Source of the DNA: an uncultured Gammaproteobacteria bacterium | Lineage (GTDB): Bacteria; Pseudomonadota; Gammaproteobacteria; GCA-002705445; GCA-002716945 | Direction: 5' to 3' | NCBI GenBank assembly: GCA_902559355.1 | Contig: CACEHM010000002.1 | Location: 171,246 to 235,245 of the forward strand | Length of the DNA: 64,000 bases | Part shown: positions 53,909 through 64,000 of the stretch, piece by piece | How positions within the stretch are numbered: the first letter of the stretch is position 1 | Layout: each line of letters starts with the position of its first letter | Notes under the pieces: model-generated | Told to the model about the DNA's origin: nothing | What the model saw: only the letters and a program-made list of their open reading frames with translations | Databases searched by the model: none | Made by a program: the position numbers and the translations under genes

Positions 53909-55215
53909 AATGTATCCGGAACCTCGTCAAGTATTTTATTATCTATCTTATTATCTTTTTGTTCTAAAAATGAGATTATATCATAGTATTGTTTAACATT
54001 TTCTATATATTGAACTGCTTCCCAGCCTCGTGCATATCCATATTTCATTTGTTTATAAAATTGTTTTTTATTTAACTTCAGTAAATATTTTTTAAGCGTA
54101 TCCCAATCCTCAATGCTTTTATTATCTAAAATAGAAAGTTTAATAATATCGCTTATATGACCAGGACCAAGGTTATAGGCACCAAGTGTCATGTTAATTT
54201 GTGTATCTTCATTAAATTCAGTATATTTTCCTCTTAGTTTTTTTAAGTACCTAGATGCTCCAATGATACTCTCATCAGGTATTAGTCTATTAACTCCTAG
54301 CATTTCAGCAGTATTCTTTGTAAGCATCATTAAACCTCTGACCCCTGTTGGTGATATTGCATCATTATTCCATTTTGATTCCTGATACGAAATTGCAGCA
54401 AGTAATTTCCAATCCAGATTATTTAGTGACGCTGCTTGTTTGAACTTACTTTCATAAACAGGAAGCTTTGTAACCATATCTGAAATAAATATTCTGGATC
54501 CTATAAATATATATGATGATATAGAATTCTTTGAATAATACTTATTATTTAAATCAGCAACTAAAGAGGATGTTTCGCTTGATTCTAAAAACTTAAAAAG
54601 ATTATTTTGTAATGAACCATCATCTACTGAAAATTTCCACAATAGATTGATTTTCCCAATAACTTTTTTTATAGATAAGTTTGGATAATATTTTTTATAA
54701 AACAAGTATGAGCTTCTTGTTATAATTGTATGAGAAATAAGGTTTTTACTAAGATTATAAATTAAGTCATCTAAACTGTTATTCACATAGCTCATTTTAT
54801 AATTTTTTAAAATAGCATTATCAATTAAACTTTTTTGAAATGTCTCTATAATTTCAATATCATATTCTTCATTATCATAATCATTAGAAACTAATAATAA
54901 ATCTTGATTGTTGATAACAATACATTTTTCACAAATATCCTTAGAATAAAATATCTTTAAATCAAACTTACTATCATTAAATTTTACTTTTTTCTTATTT
55001 AAACTATCAAGGTACTCTATTAAAATTTCATATTGATAACCAGCATTTTCCTCTTTTGCGGGAAGAATTATTTCAGGTAAGTTCTCAAGACTTACAAAAA
55101 TTATTTCTTTCTTTTTGAATTGTGTAAATGATGTTTGTGTGGTATTTGTGTACAGTAAATAGATTACAGCAATGAGTATCATTGCAGCTAAAAATCTAGC
55201 AAATAACCTTAACAT
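53905..55215 (-). CDS. mltF: membrane-bound lytic murein transglycosylase F-like (PBP-like N-domain + SLT domain)
   Basis: C-terminal SLT motif [26 protein letters not shown] and an N-terminal signal peptide. Confidence 0.65.
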   Translation of the reverse strand: MLRLFARFLAAMILIAVIYLLYTNTTQTSFTQFKKKEIIFVSLENLPEIILPAKEENAGYQYEILIEYLDSLNKKKVKFNDSKFDLKIFYSKDICEKCIVINNQDLLLVSNDYDNEEYDIEIIETFQKSLIDNAILKNYKMSYVNNSLDDLIYNLSKNLISHTIITRSSYLFYKKYYPNLSIKKVIGKINLLWKFSVDDGSLQNNLFKFLESSETSSLVADLNNKYYSKNSISSYIFIGSRIFISDMVTKLPVYESKFKQAASLNNLDWKLLAAISYQESKWNNDAISPTGVRGLMMLTKNTAEMLGVNRLIPDESIIGASRYLKKLRGKYTEFNEDTQINMTLGAYNLGPGHISDIIKLSILDNKSIEDWDTLKKYLLKLNKKQFYKQMKYGYARGWEAVQYIENVKQYYDIISFLEQKDNKIDNKILDEVPDTL

Positions 55216-57029
55216 TACTCTTCGTTATTTTTTGACCGAGTATTTTTTGTATAGTTCCTTCTATTATTGGATTTATATTTATTATATTTATAATTTTTAT
55301 TATAACGTCTATTCTTATTATAATATCTTCTCGGTTTTGAAGATTTCTTTTCTTCTTCTTTACCAAAGAGCATGTTAAATATTCTCTTAAATATATTCAA
55401 TTTAGATTTTGATATTTTTGCGTTAGTTTTGCGCGGTTTAGGTGGCGCACTCTTTGGTGCAACTGCAGACATAAGAGCAACCTCTTGATCTTGAATAATC
55501 TTTCCATCTACTGCATTATTATTTTTGTTATAACGTTGACTTTTATTTTTATTTTTCAATCTTTCTTTAAAATCAGATTCACTAAGACCCTCATTATCTA
55601 TTTCATATCCAGAGGCATCTAGTTCAGGATCAGGTACAATTTTAATAGCTACATTATGTCTAGACTCAATATTTTGTATTGTTCCTTTCTTTTCATTTAA
55701 CAAAAAAGTTGCCAATCTTACTGGGAGATATACTGTTTGTTTTGTTTCAGCATTCATTGCTTCTTCTTCTATTATTCTTAGAAGGGATATGGCCAGCGAA
55801 GATAGAGATTTAATCTGTCCTGTTCCTCCGCAAGTAGGACAATTTTCATAGTTATTTTGTATTATTGATGATTTTAGTTTTTGCCTAGATAGCTCCATTA
55901 GACCAAATTTTGATATTCTAGCAAATTGTATTTTAGCTTTATCTTTTTTTGCATATTCAGCAACTTTTCTCATTACATTTTTTTGAGAATTAATAGACAT
56001 CATATCAATAAAATCAATTACAATAAGTCCACCTATGTCCCTAAGCCTCAGTTGAGTTAATATTTCTATTGCAGCTTCAATATTTGTATTTTGTGCCGTG
56101 TCTTCTATATCACTTCCTTTAGTAGATCTAGCAGAGTTAACATCAATGCTCACCAGAGCTTCTGTTGAATCAATTACTATATTACCACCAGAAGGTAAGT
56201 TAATATTTCTTTTGTAAACAGTTTGTACTTGCCTTTCAATTTTATGTTTACTGAATATTGGCGTTAGGTCCGAGTGATGCTCAGTCTTAACTTTATGATG
56301 AGGCATAAAAAGTTTCTTTGCACCAATAAAATCATCAAAAAACTTCTTATCATCAATGAAGACTTCATCAATAGTCTCATCACAATAATCTCTAATAAGC
56401 CTAGCCATCATACTACTTTCTTGATAGATAAGAAATGGAGCAGTTTGCTGTATAGATGTCTCCAAAACTGATTCATATATCTGAATTAAATATTCAATGT
56501 CCCATTTAACCGATTCATTTGACGCTTCGAGACTTGATGTTCTGAGTATAACGCTCATTCCTTCAGGAATTTCAAGTGATTCCATAAGTTTTTTTGCCTT
56601 CACTCTGTCTTCACCTTCTATTCTTCTCGAAATTCCTCCTGTAGATGGATTCTTTGGAAGTAATACTAGGTATTTTCCAGCAAGGCTTAGATAAGTAGTT
56701 AATGCGGCACCCTTGTTTCCACGTTCTTCTTTATCAACTTGTACTATTACTTCTTTTCCAGATTGAAGACAATCACGAGATGACTTGTTTGTATGTGAGA
56801 ATATCTCAGGGGAAATCTCTTTAAATGGAAGAAACCCATGTCTGGTTCTTCCAAAGTTAATGAACGCTGCTTCTAAGCTTGGTTCAACCCTTGAGATTGT
56901 GCCTTTGTATATGTTTGATTTGATGTTCCTTGATGGAAAGTCTATATCTAAATCTATCAGCTTGTTGTCTTCTATGACAGCAAGTCTCACCTCTTCCTTC
57001 TGAGAGGCGTTGAGTAATATTTTTTTCAT
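55215..57029 (-). CDS. rne: ribonuclease E (minimal form: catalytic domain + short basic tail)
   Basis: S1 and catalytic-domain motifs (NIYKGTISRVEPSLEAAFINFG, DIDVNSAR), a zinc link (CPTCGGTG), a low-complexity R/K/N/Y-rich C-terminus, and the divergent rluC neighbour as in enterics. Confidence 0.85.
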   Translation of the reverse strand: MKKILLNASQKEEVRLAVIEDNKLIDLDIDFPSRNIKSNIYKGTISRVEPSLEAAFINFGRTRHGFLPFKEISPEIFSHTNKSSRDCLQSGKEVIVQVDKEERGNKGAALTTYLSLAGKYLVLLPKNPSTGGISRRIEGEDRVKAKKLMESLEIPEGMSVILRTSSLEASNESVKWDIEYLIQIYESVLETSIQQTAPFLIYQESSMMARLIRDYCDETIDEVFIDDKKFFDDFIGAKKLFMPHHKVKTEHHSDLTPIFSKHKIERQVQTVYKRNINLPSGGNIVIDSTEALVSIDVNSARSTKGSDIEDTAQNTNIEAAIEILTQLRLRDIGGLIVIDFIDMMSINSQKNVMRKVAEYAKKDKAKIQFARISKFGLMELSRQKLKSSIIQNNYENCPTCGGTGQIKSLSSLAISLLRIIEEEAMNAETKQTVYLPVRLATFLLNEKKGTIQNIESRHNVAIKIVPDPELDASGYEIDNEGLSESDFKERLKNKNKSQRYNKNNNAVDGKIIQDQEVALMSAVAPKSAPPKPRKTNAKISKSKLNIFKRIFNMLFGKEEEKKSSKPRRYYNKNRRYNKNYKYNKYKSNNRRNYTKNTRSKNNEE

Positions 57030-57229
57030 TATGAATCCTGTTTATCATTATATTTATGTATATATTTCTTTATTTATTGCGCATTTTTTAGCTATTTTTT
57101 TGCTCGCGCTTCTATCTAATTTATATATGTTTTTTGTTATATAAAATGTCTATGTTAATACATTTGAACTTTATAAAACACTAATATAGCAATGATTGAT
57201 GCTATCATCAATCTAAAATAGATAATCAG

Positions 57230-58144
57230 ATGATGAAAAAATCTAATATTTTTGAAATAAATCAAGAACTAAGCGGGCAAAGACTTGATAATTTCTTGAT
57301 TAAAAAGCTAAAAGGCTTACCAAAAAGTCTTATTTATAAGCTCGTGAGAAGCGGGCAAGTCAGGGTCAATAAGAAGCGTAGTAAAGTATCCTATAGGATT
57401 TCAGATAATGACCTCATACGAATACCACCATATCTTCTTCAGGAGAATGTAATAGCAGATAAAATCTTACTAAATACCAACGAATATATATATTATGAAA
57501 ATGAAAATTTCTTGGTAATTGATAAACCATATGGCATATCAGTCCATTCTGGGACTAATCAAGAAGTTGATTTCTTATCTTCATTAAGAAAGGCTCAAAA
57601 TAATCTTAATTTATCATTGGTTCATCGTTTAGATAAAAATACCTCCGGGTGCCTCCTAGTATCAAAAAATTATCATGTAGCATCCGACCTAGGTAAAGAA
57701 CTAATGAATAAAAATATTAAGAAAAAATATTATGCTTTATTAGTAGGAGTATTAGACAAGGAAATTATTGAAATAGAATCAAAGATAGAAAAAGATGCTA
57801 AGTATCAAAAAATGATAGTGAATGAAGATGATGGAAGAGAAGCATATACTAAGATAACTCTTCTACAAAAGTATAAATCTTTTTCATTTGTTGAGATCGA
57901 GATCGAAACAGGCAGAACACATCAAATTAGAGTTCATACATCATCTATTGGACATCCTGTAGTGGGCGATAGCAAATATGGTGTATTAAATAGTAAAAAG
58001 ATTAATAAAGAATTAAATTTAAAAAGGTTATTCTTGCATGCGTATTACTTATCTTTTTACTATGATAAAAAATATGAATTTATATTAGATTTACCTGATG
58101 ACTTAAAAGAAGTATTATCAGTATTAGAGAAAGATAATGAGTGA
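57230..58144 (+). CDS. rluC: 23S rRNA pseudouridine synthase RluC
   Basis: An S4 domain and the RluA-family catalytic motif HRLDKNTSGCLL. Confidence 0.8.
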   Translation: MMKKSNIFEINQELSGQRLDNFLIKKLKGLPKSLIYKLVRSGQVRVNKKRSKVSYRISDNDLIRIPPYLLQENVIADKILLNTNEYIYYENENFLVIDKPYGISVHSGTNQEVDFLSSLRKAQNNLNLSLVHRLDKNTSGCLLVSKNYHVASDLGKELMNKNIKKKYYALLVGVLDKEIIEIESKIEKDAKYQKMIVNEDDGREAYTKITLLQKYKSFSFVEIEIETGRTHQIRVHTSSIGHPVVGDSKYGVLNSKKINKELNLKRLFLHAYYLSFYYDKKYEFILDLPDDLKEVLSVLEKDNE

Positions 58145-59033
58145 AAACGATAAAACATTAAATGATATAGTCTCTGCGCTCTTAGCGGAAAGAAAGCGAG
58201 ATTATCGGAATAAGCTTATTTTTAGATCATTATTTGTATTAGTTATTTTTTTTATTGTCTTTTTTGCTCCGATGGCAAAAGATATTAATTTTAATGATCC
58301 ACATGTTGCTATGATTGAAATAAATGGACTAATTTCATCAGAGACTAAATCTAGTGCCGAGAAGATTATTCCTCTCTTGCAAAGAGCAAGTCAAAATATA
58401 AATGCATCAGCTATTATTATTAAAATCAATAGCGGAGGTGGAAGTGCAACTCAATCTAAGATTATTTATGACGAAATCGTTAAAATTAAAAAAACATCGA
58501 ATAAGAAGATCATATCTGTTATAGAGGACGTCGGGGCATCTGGCGGTTATTATATAGCTATGGCAGCTGATCATATTATTGCATCGGAGACGAGCATAGT
58601 TGGTTCTATTGGAGTAAGGTTAGATAGTTATGATATAAGACGTTTATTTAATAATCTGGGTATTAAGTCAAGAACAATTTATTCTGGAGAAAATAAATTA
58701 ATATTAGACCCATTTCATGAATTAACATCAAAACAATATGATCATGTAAAAAGTTTAACAGATGAGATTCACACTCAGTTTATCAATGACCTAAAAAGCA
58801 GCAGAAAAGATAAAATCAATCCTGATGATAAACTTATTTATTCAGGCCTATTTTATACTGGCAATCAGGCCAAAGCACTTGGTTTGGTAGATGATATATC
58901 TTCTATTTATAAGTTAAATAATGAAGAATATGAGAATATGAAAATCCAAAAATATAATAGTGAAAATAATTTAATCAATCAGCTAATACAAACATCTTTT
59001 CATTATTTATTTCAAAGTAAAATAAATTATTAA
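58137..59033 (+). CDS. sppA: signal peptide peptidase SppA (S49, 36K type)
   Basis: S49 motifs (EDVGASGGYYIAMAADHI, GSIGV). Confidence 0.8.
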   Translation: MSENDKTLNDIVSALLAERKRDYRNKLIFRSLFVLVIFFIVFFAPMAKDINFNDPHVAMIEINGLISSETKSSAEKIIPLLQRASQNINASAIIIKINSGGGSATQSKIIYDEIVKIKKTSNKKIISVIEDVGASGGYYIAMAADHIIASETSIVGSIGVRLDSYDIRRLFNNLGIKSRTIYSGENKLILDPFHELTSKQYDHVKSLTDEIHTQFINDLKSSRKDKINPDDKLIYSGLFYTGNQAKALGLVDDISSIYKLNNEEYENMKIQKYNSENNLINQLIQTSFHYLFQSKINY

Positions 59034-60496
59034 TGGCAAATATATATTTTCATCCTGATATTGATTATCAAGGGATAAAAGATATTGAAAATAAATATAC
59101 TTCTATTGATAAAGATTATTTAGTAAATGAAGCTTCAGATTATATCTGTCAAATTCTGAAGAAATTAGTAAAAAAAACAGACAGCATTCTTTTCATTTGT
59201 GGACCTGGTCATAATGGTCTCGATACTTTATTTACTGCACATAAACTCTTAGATCTAAAATACAATATCTCAATTTTTTTGATACAAAAAAACACCCATG
59301 TAGAATATGTTAAAAAATATGACCTAAATAATTTTATTATTAGTGCTTATGATGCATACGATAGTTATGCATATATCATAGATGGCATTTTTGGATACGG
59401 ATTAAATAGAAACCTTGATAACAATTCAATAGATCTAATTAAATCAATCAATCAATCGTCATCGAAAGTAATTTCTGTGGATATGCCAAGTGGACTTAAC
59501 CATACTACTGGACAATCCATGCCTGTAAGCCTTAGATGTGAGCTTCTAATTTCATTATTAACTATGAAAAGAGGCCTTTTTACTAATCGAGGCAGGGACT
59601 CTTGGAAAGAAATCACTATTTGTAAGCTTATAAATGCAGAGATTACATCTAAGAATTATTTAGTAACTGCTAATAATAAATTTGGTAATGATTCAAATAT
59701 TAAATCTAAAGATTATTATCATGAAGAATCTCATTCAACACATAAGAAATCAAATGGAGTAAGTTGTATTGTTGCAGGAGAAAAACCGTATCATGGAGCG
59801 ATGATACTTGCTGCCTCAGCAGCCATTCAAACTGGATCAAAGTATCTACAAATTTATACAGACTCCGAGTATGCCCATACTTTACCAATGATTATGCCTC
59901 AAATCATCGCAAAGCCATTTTCGATATCTGATTTTAAAGATAACATTGGAACAGTCAAACATGTATTAATTGGTCCAGGTGCTAATGATGTTAAGGCATA
60001 TGTCGATGTTGCTCTGGAAAATATTACTTCACTCAGCTCATTGATAATTGATGCAGGAGGATTGAGTCACATTGATAAAAACAAATCATACTCAGATAAA
60101 TTAATTATCACCCCTCATCCAGGTGAAGCAGCTAGAATATTGAATATCTCGGTATCAGAAGTTCAAGCAGATAGATATAAAACAGCTCGTAAGTTATATG
60201 ATTTATTCAATTGTCTTATAATACTTAAAGGTTCAGGATCAATTATATTTGATGGTGATAGATTTTATACCTGCATGGACGGCAATTATAAAATGGGGAC
60301 TGCAGGTATGGGTGATACGCTTAGTGGAATTTTATTAACTGAAACAGCATTATTTAAAAACAATCTAGATGCTTGTATAAAAAGTGTTGTTTTTCACTCT
60401 TATGCGTCTGATGTCTTGTATCAGGAATCAAAAAATAAGAATATTACACCATCAATTTTATCAAATAAATATAGCGAACTGACGGATGGCAAATAA
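59033..60496 (+). CDS. nnr: bifunctional NAD(P)H-hydrate repair enzyme Nnr (epimerase + dehydratase)
   Basis: YjeF-N motif ICGPGHNGLD and C-terminal kinase-like motifs (GMGDTLSGIL). Confidence 0.85.
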   Translation: MANIYFHPDIDYQGIKDIENKYTSIDKDYLVNEASDYICQILKKLVKKTDSILFICGPGHNGLDTLFTAHKLLDLKYNISIFLIQKNTHVEYVKKYDLNNFIISAYDAYDSYAYIIDGIFGYGLNRNLDNNSIDLIKSINQSSSKVISVDMPSGLNHTTGQSMPVSLRCELLISLLTMKRGLFTNRGRDSWKEITICKLINAEITSKNYLVTANNKFGNDSNIKSKDYYHEESHSTHKKSNGVSCIVAGEKPYHGAMILAASAAIQTGSKYLQIYTDSEYAHTLPMIMPQIIAKPFSISDFKDNIGTVKHVLIGPGANDVKAYVDVALENITSLSSLIIDAGGLSHIDKNKSYSDKLIITPHPGEAARILNISVSEVQADRYKTARKLYDLFNCLIILKGSGSIIFDGDRFYTCMDGNYKMGTAGMGDTLSGILLTETALFKNNLDACIKSVVFHSYASDVLYQESKNKNITPSILSNKYSELTDGK

Positions 60497-60908
60497 AAAT
60501 TACCTCATTAAAAATCTTGGTGATTATGTATCACTTTTTAAAAACATCAACCTTTGTGTCAATAGTAGAACGGTAATTTTTTTAAAAGGAGAACTTGGTT
60601 CCGGAAAAACGACTTTTGTTCAAAATTATCTCAAATATAAATATGCTTTTACAAATGCCACTAGTCCAACATTTGGAATAGTGAATACGTATTCAATTAG
60701 TCAAATAATGATATATCATTATGATTTATACAGAATCACAAAACCAGAGGAGCTTAATGACATAGGACTTTATGATAATTTAGAGGCAAACGCTCTTCAT
60801 TTTGTCGAGTGGCCTGAAATAATTCCTAAACAAATCTGTAAGCCAAATATTATAATTAATTTTCAATCACTTTCTAAAGAACGAATAATATCTATCAATA
60901 TTATATGA
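60486..60908 (+). CDS. tsaE: tRNA threonylcarbamoyladenosine biosynthesis protein TsaE
   Basis: P-loop GELGSGKTTF and the conserved HFD/YR motifs. Confidence 0.8.
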   Translation: MANKNYLIKNLGDYVSLFKNINLCVNSRTVIFLKGELGSGKTTFVQNYLKYKYAFTNATSPTFGIVNTYSISQIMIYHYDLYRITKPEELNDIGLYDNLEANALHFVEWPEIIPKQICKPNIIINFQSLSKERIISINII

Positions 60909-61822
60909 ATAATATTTTTATCCTCATAGGACCTACTGCTTCTGGGAAATCTAATTTAGCCATGATGTTGATGAGCAAATTCCCTTTTGAAATAATTAAT
61001 GCAGATTTATATTCTACATACAAAGGTTTAAATATAGGAACAGCAAAACCCTTAAAAGAAGAATTAAATAAATATAAGCATCATTTAATTAATATCCTTG
61101 AACCTACAATGGATTATAATGTTTCTCAATATTGTAAAGATGCAAATGAATGTATTAATGAGATATTATCATTAAATAAAGTTCCACTAATTGTTGGCGG
61201 CACCATGATGTATATATATCAATTATTAAACGGACTTTCTCATGAGTATGATCTGTCTGATACTGACTCAAAACTTATCAAATTTATACAAAACCAATAT
61301 ACTAATGAACAAATAGTTAAGGCTATTTCTAGTTTTAGTCCTGCTTTGACTGACAAAATTAATATTAACGATTCGTATCGTATAGAAAAACTCTTAGAGC
61401 GTTTAATATCAAATAAGAATAAAAAAAATAATTTTAAAGGTTTATATAAAGAAAAAAATCTAAAAATTCATATTATTTTTATTACTATCGATGATAGAGA
61501 ACTTTTGAGGGAAAACATAATGAAAAGAACTTCTAATATGTTGCAAGATGGACTGATTGATGAAGTTAAAAATCTATTATGTAAATTTAATTTAAATTAT
61601 AAGACCCAATGTATGAAAGCAATTGGATACAAGGAAACTTTACAGTTTCTTAATAAAGACATTAGTCTTGAGGAGCTTCATTCGTCAATAACAATTGCCA
61701 CTCAGCAACTTGCTAAACGTCAAGTAACTTGGATGAATAAATTCAAGATTGATTATCGATTTTCATATCCTGAGAATAATTACCATAGTCTTTTTAATTA
61801 TATTAAAAAAATATTAAATTAA
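60905..61822 (+). CDS. miaA: tRNA dimethylallyltransferase
   Basis: P-loop GPTASGKS plus the MiaA body. Confidence 0.9.
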   Translation: MNNIFILIGPTASGKSNLAMMLMSKFPFEIINADLYSTYKGLNIGTAKPLKEELNKYKHHLINILEPTMDYNVSQYCKDANECINEILSLNKVPLIVGGTMMYIYQLLNGLSHEYDLSDTDSKLIKFIQNQYTNEQIVKAISSFSPALTDKININDSYRIEKLLERLISNKNKKNNFKGLYKEKNLKIHIIFITIDDRELLRENIMKRTSNMLQDGLIDEVKNLLCKFNLNYKTQCMKAIGYKETLQFLNKDISLEELHSSITIATQQLAKRQVTWMNKFKIDYRFSYPENNYHSLFNYIKKILN

Positions 61823-61882
61823 ACTAATATAAAATTGATGAGCTGATATCTATGGTATATTATCTAACTGGAGATAATTTAT

Positions 61883-63001
61883 ATGGCATGGAATGAACCT
61901 GGTAATAAAGACCCTTGGGGCAGAAACAAGAATAACTCTAGTTTAGATGGAGTTTTCAAAGATTTTAAAAAAACAATAGATGATTTATTAGGAGGTAAAG
62001 CAGGCTCGACTCCACCTTCTTCTCAAAAAAGTGCCGGATTTTTATCTGTAATCATTTTAGTTATTTACCTATTATCTGGGATCTATATTGTAAATGATGG
62101 AGAAAGAGGCGTCGTTCTTCAGTTTGGGGGTTTCAATGAGATAACAATGCCGGGTCCTCATTGGTATCCAAGATTTATACAAGCTGTTGAAATTGTAGAT
62201 GTGAGTAAAATAAGATCTGTTCAACAAAAAGCTGTAATGCTTACAGAGGATGAGAATATTGTAAGCATAAGTTTCGCAATACAGTATGATATTAAAGATG
62301 CTAGTGACTTTATATTTAATCTGCGTGAACCAGATACAACAGTCTCACAAGCTGGAGAAAGTGCTATAAGGGAAGTTATGGGACAAAATACAATGGACTA
62401 CATCATCACGGAAGGTAGGACTGGAGTAGCTGCGGATACAAAAAAATTGCTACAAAGCGTACTTGATAGCTATGGAGCTGGTGTAAATGTTCAAACTCTT
62501 AACATTTTAGAGGCACAGCCACCTGAACAAGTTCAGGATGCATTTTCCGATGCAATTAAAGCAAGAGAAGATGAGCAAAGATATATCAATGAAGCTGAGG
62601 CTTACAGAAATGAAATCATCCCACTTGCAAGAGGTGAAGCTAAACAAATGTTGGAGCAAGCCATAGCTTATAGAGTTAAATTAATCAATGCAGCAGAAGG
62701 TGAGGCATCAAGGTTTACTCAGCTATATAATGAATATAAAAAAGCTCCCGACGTTACTAAAGAAAGATTATATATTGAAGCAGTTCAATCAGTTTTATCT
62801 AATAGCAGCAAAGTAATGATTGATATTGAAGGTGGGAATAACTTAATGTATCTTCCTCTAGATCAACTTATCAATAATAATAAGCAGCCTAGAAATAATA
62901 ATGATCTACAAAAATCAGATAATGAAACCAACATAATGGATCGCATAAATGAAAATAAAAATAATTTTAATCTAAGGAAAAGGGATTTATATAATGAATA
63001 A
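61883..63001 (+). CDS. hflK: FtsH protease modulator HflK
   Basis: Single TM helix followed by an SPFH/band-7 domain, with hflC downstream. Confidence 0.9.
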   Translation: MAWNEPGNKDPWGRNKNNSSLDGVFKDFKKTIDDLLGGKAGSTPPSSQKSAGFLSVIILVIYLLSGIYIVNDGERGVVLQFGGFNEITMPGPHWYPRFIQAVEIVDVSKIRSVQQKAVMLTEDENIVSISFAIQYDIKDASDFIFNLREPDTTVSQAGESAIREVMGQNTMDYIITEGRTGVAADTKKLLQSVLDSYGAGVNVQTLNILEAQPPEQVQDAFSDAIKAREDEQRYINEAEAYRNEIIPLARGEAKQMLEQAIAYRVKLINAAEGEASRFTQLYNEYKKAPDVTKERLYIEAVQSVLSNSSKVMIDIEGGNNLMYLPLDQLINNNKQPRNNNDLQKSDNETNIMDRINENKNNFNLRKRDLYNE

Positions 63002-63863
63002 TAGAAACCTTGTTACAGGATTAGTCGCTTTAGTATTAATTGCAATATCTTCAACTTTTATAGTCGATGAAAGGGAAGTTGTAATAAAGTTCAGATTAGG
63101 CGAGATTGTAACAACTTATAATGAGCCAGGCTTATATTTTATGATTCCTTTTTTGAATAATGTTAAAAAATATGATTCAAGGCTCTTAACAATGGACTCT
63201 AAACCAGAACAGTTTCTTACAAGTGAAAAGAAAAACGTTATAGTTGATTCGTTCGTCAAGTGGAGAATATCCGACCCTAGAAACTTTTACAGATCTTCCA
63301 AGGGTGATGAAAGAATCGGGGTCAATCGTTTATCACAAATAGTCAATGATTTGACAAAAAGTGAGTTCAGTAAACGAACTGTTAATGATGTGGTATCAGG
63401 TGATAGAGTAGAAATAATGGCTAAAGTTACAAAAGAGGCTAACCAATTGTCTCAGACATTAGGAATAACTGTGGTAGATGTAAGACTTAAAAAAGTTGAT
63501 TTACCTAGTGAGGTTAGTAACTCTGTATATGCACGAATGGTAAAAGAAAGAGCTACAGTAGCTAAATCATTTAGGTCTAAAGGTAAAGAAGAAGCAAAGG
63601 GTATTACTTCTCTCGCTGAGCGTGAGTCTGAAACAATTATTGCTGAGGCTTATAGAGAGTCTCAAGAAATAAAAGGACAAGGTGATGCGCAATCTACACA
63701 AATCTATGCAGATGCATTTTCTGTTAGCCCTGATTTCTACTCATTTTATAGAAGTTTAGAAGCATATAAATCAACGTTTAATGATAAAGGAAATATGATA
63801 CTTCTAAAACCAGATTCTGATTTCTTTAAATTTTTTAATGACACTGATGGTGTTACAAAATAA
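62994..63863 (+). CDS. hflC: FtsH protease modulator HflC
   Basis: SPFH domain, 8-nt overlap with hflK. Confidence 0.9.
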   Translation: MNNRNLVTGLVALVLIAISSTFIVDEREVVIKFRLGEIVTTYNEPGLYFMIPFLNNVKKYDSRLLTMDSKPEQFLTSEKKNVIVDSFVKWRISDPRNFYRSSKGDERIGVNRLSQIVNDLTKSEFSKRTVNDVVSGDRVEIMAKVTKEANQLSQTLGITVVDVRLKKVDLPSEVSNSVYARMVKERATVAKSFRSKGKEEAKGITSLAERESETIIAEAYRESQEIKGQGDAQSTQIYADAFSVSPDFYSFYRSLEAYKSTFNDKGNMILLKPDSDFFKFFNDTDGVTK

Positions 63864-63865
63864 CG

Positions 63866-64000
63866 ACTTTAGAAACAGTAGCACTAGTTTTTGCATTTAT
63901 TTTAATAATCGAAGGTATTATTCCACTAATTTACCCCAACAAGTTCAAAAACTTACTTTCCTCAATAATAGATATGGACGATAAATCATTGAGAATGATT
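63866..64000 (+). CDS. possible DUF2065 (YjeT-like) small membrane protein, 3'-truncated, start unclear
   Basis: The frame reads TLETVALVFAFILIIEGIIPLIYPNKFKNLL, which is YjeT-like, and it follows hflC as yjeT does in E. coli. There is no ATG/GTG/TTG between the upstream in-frame stop at 63845 and this region. Confidence 0.25.

Noticed and set aside
55215-55400. Apparent AT-rich tandem-repeat or low-complexity DNA (tattat/aataat runs)
   Set aside because: It encodes the in-frame R/K/N/Y-rich C-terminal tail of RNase E. It is not a non-coding repeat or a CRISPR-like array.

Overview
This window is an AT-rich, tightly packed segment of a gammaproteobacterial chromosome; many genes overlap by 1-30 nt, as in a streamlined genome. 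Nearly all of it is conserved housekeeping synteny on the + strand: fimV(3' end)-truA-trpF-trpB-trpA-accD-folC-dedD-like-cvpA-purF; a divergent amidohydrolase-like/ubiG/HAD operon opposite gyrA-pheA-hisC-tyrA-aroA-cmk-rpsA-ihfB-lapA-lapB-pyrF; queA-tgt-yajC-secD-secF; suhB-like divergent from trmJ-iscR-iscS-iscA-hscB-hscA-fdx-iscX-ndk-hisS-yfgM-bamB-der; smc-ligA; dapD, mltF and rne on the minus strand; and rluC-sppA-nnr-tsaE-miaA-hflK-hflC. The exception is at about 24.9-29.7 kb. A tRNA-Leu(CAA) gene on the minus strand is split in its anticodon loop by a ~4.7 kb insertion: its 3' half is at 24889-24940 and its 5' half at 29641-29680, with an imperfect core repeat CTCAAAA/CTCAAGA at the junctions. 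The insertion carries a complete, sequence-divergent replacement tRNA-Leu(CAA), a small gene with a near-consensus promoter and terminator, and a five-gene + strand cassette. From motif-level similarity recalled from memory, the cassette encodes a UDG-superfamily-like protein, an AlbA_2/Schlafen-like domain protein, a stand-alone MutS domain I (mismatch-recognition) homolog, an orphan protein, and a HEPN/Abi-like protein. No integrase is present. I interpret the cassette as a candidate undescribed DNA-lesion or modified-base sensing defense / abortive-infection module. Secondary observations concern the conserved operons: iscU is missing between iscS and iscA; hfq/hflX and mutL/amiB are absent from the tsaE-miaA-hflK block; zipA is absent between smc and ligA; SMC is short; the SuhB homolog and the amidohydrolase homolog both have degenerate metal-binding motifs; and RNase E is minimal.
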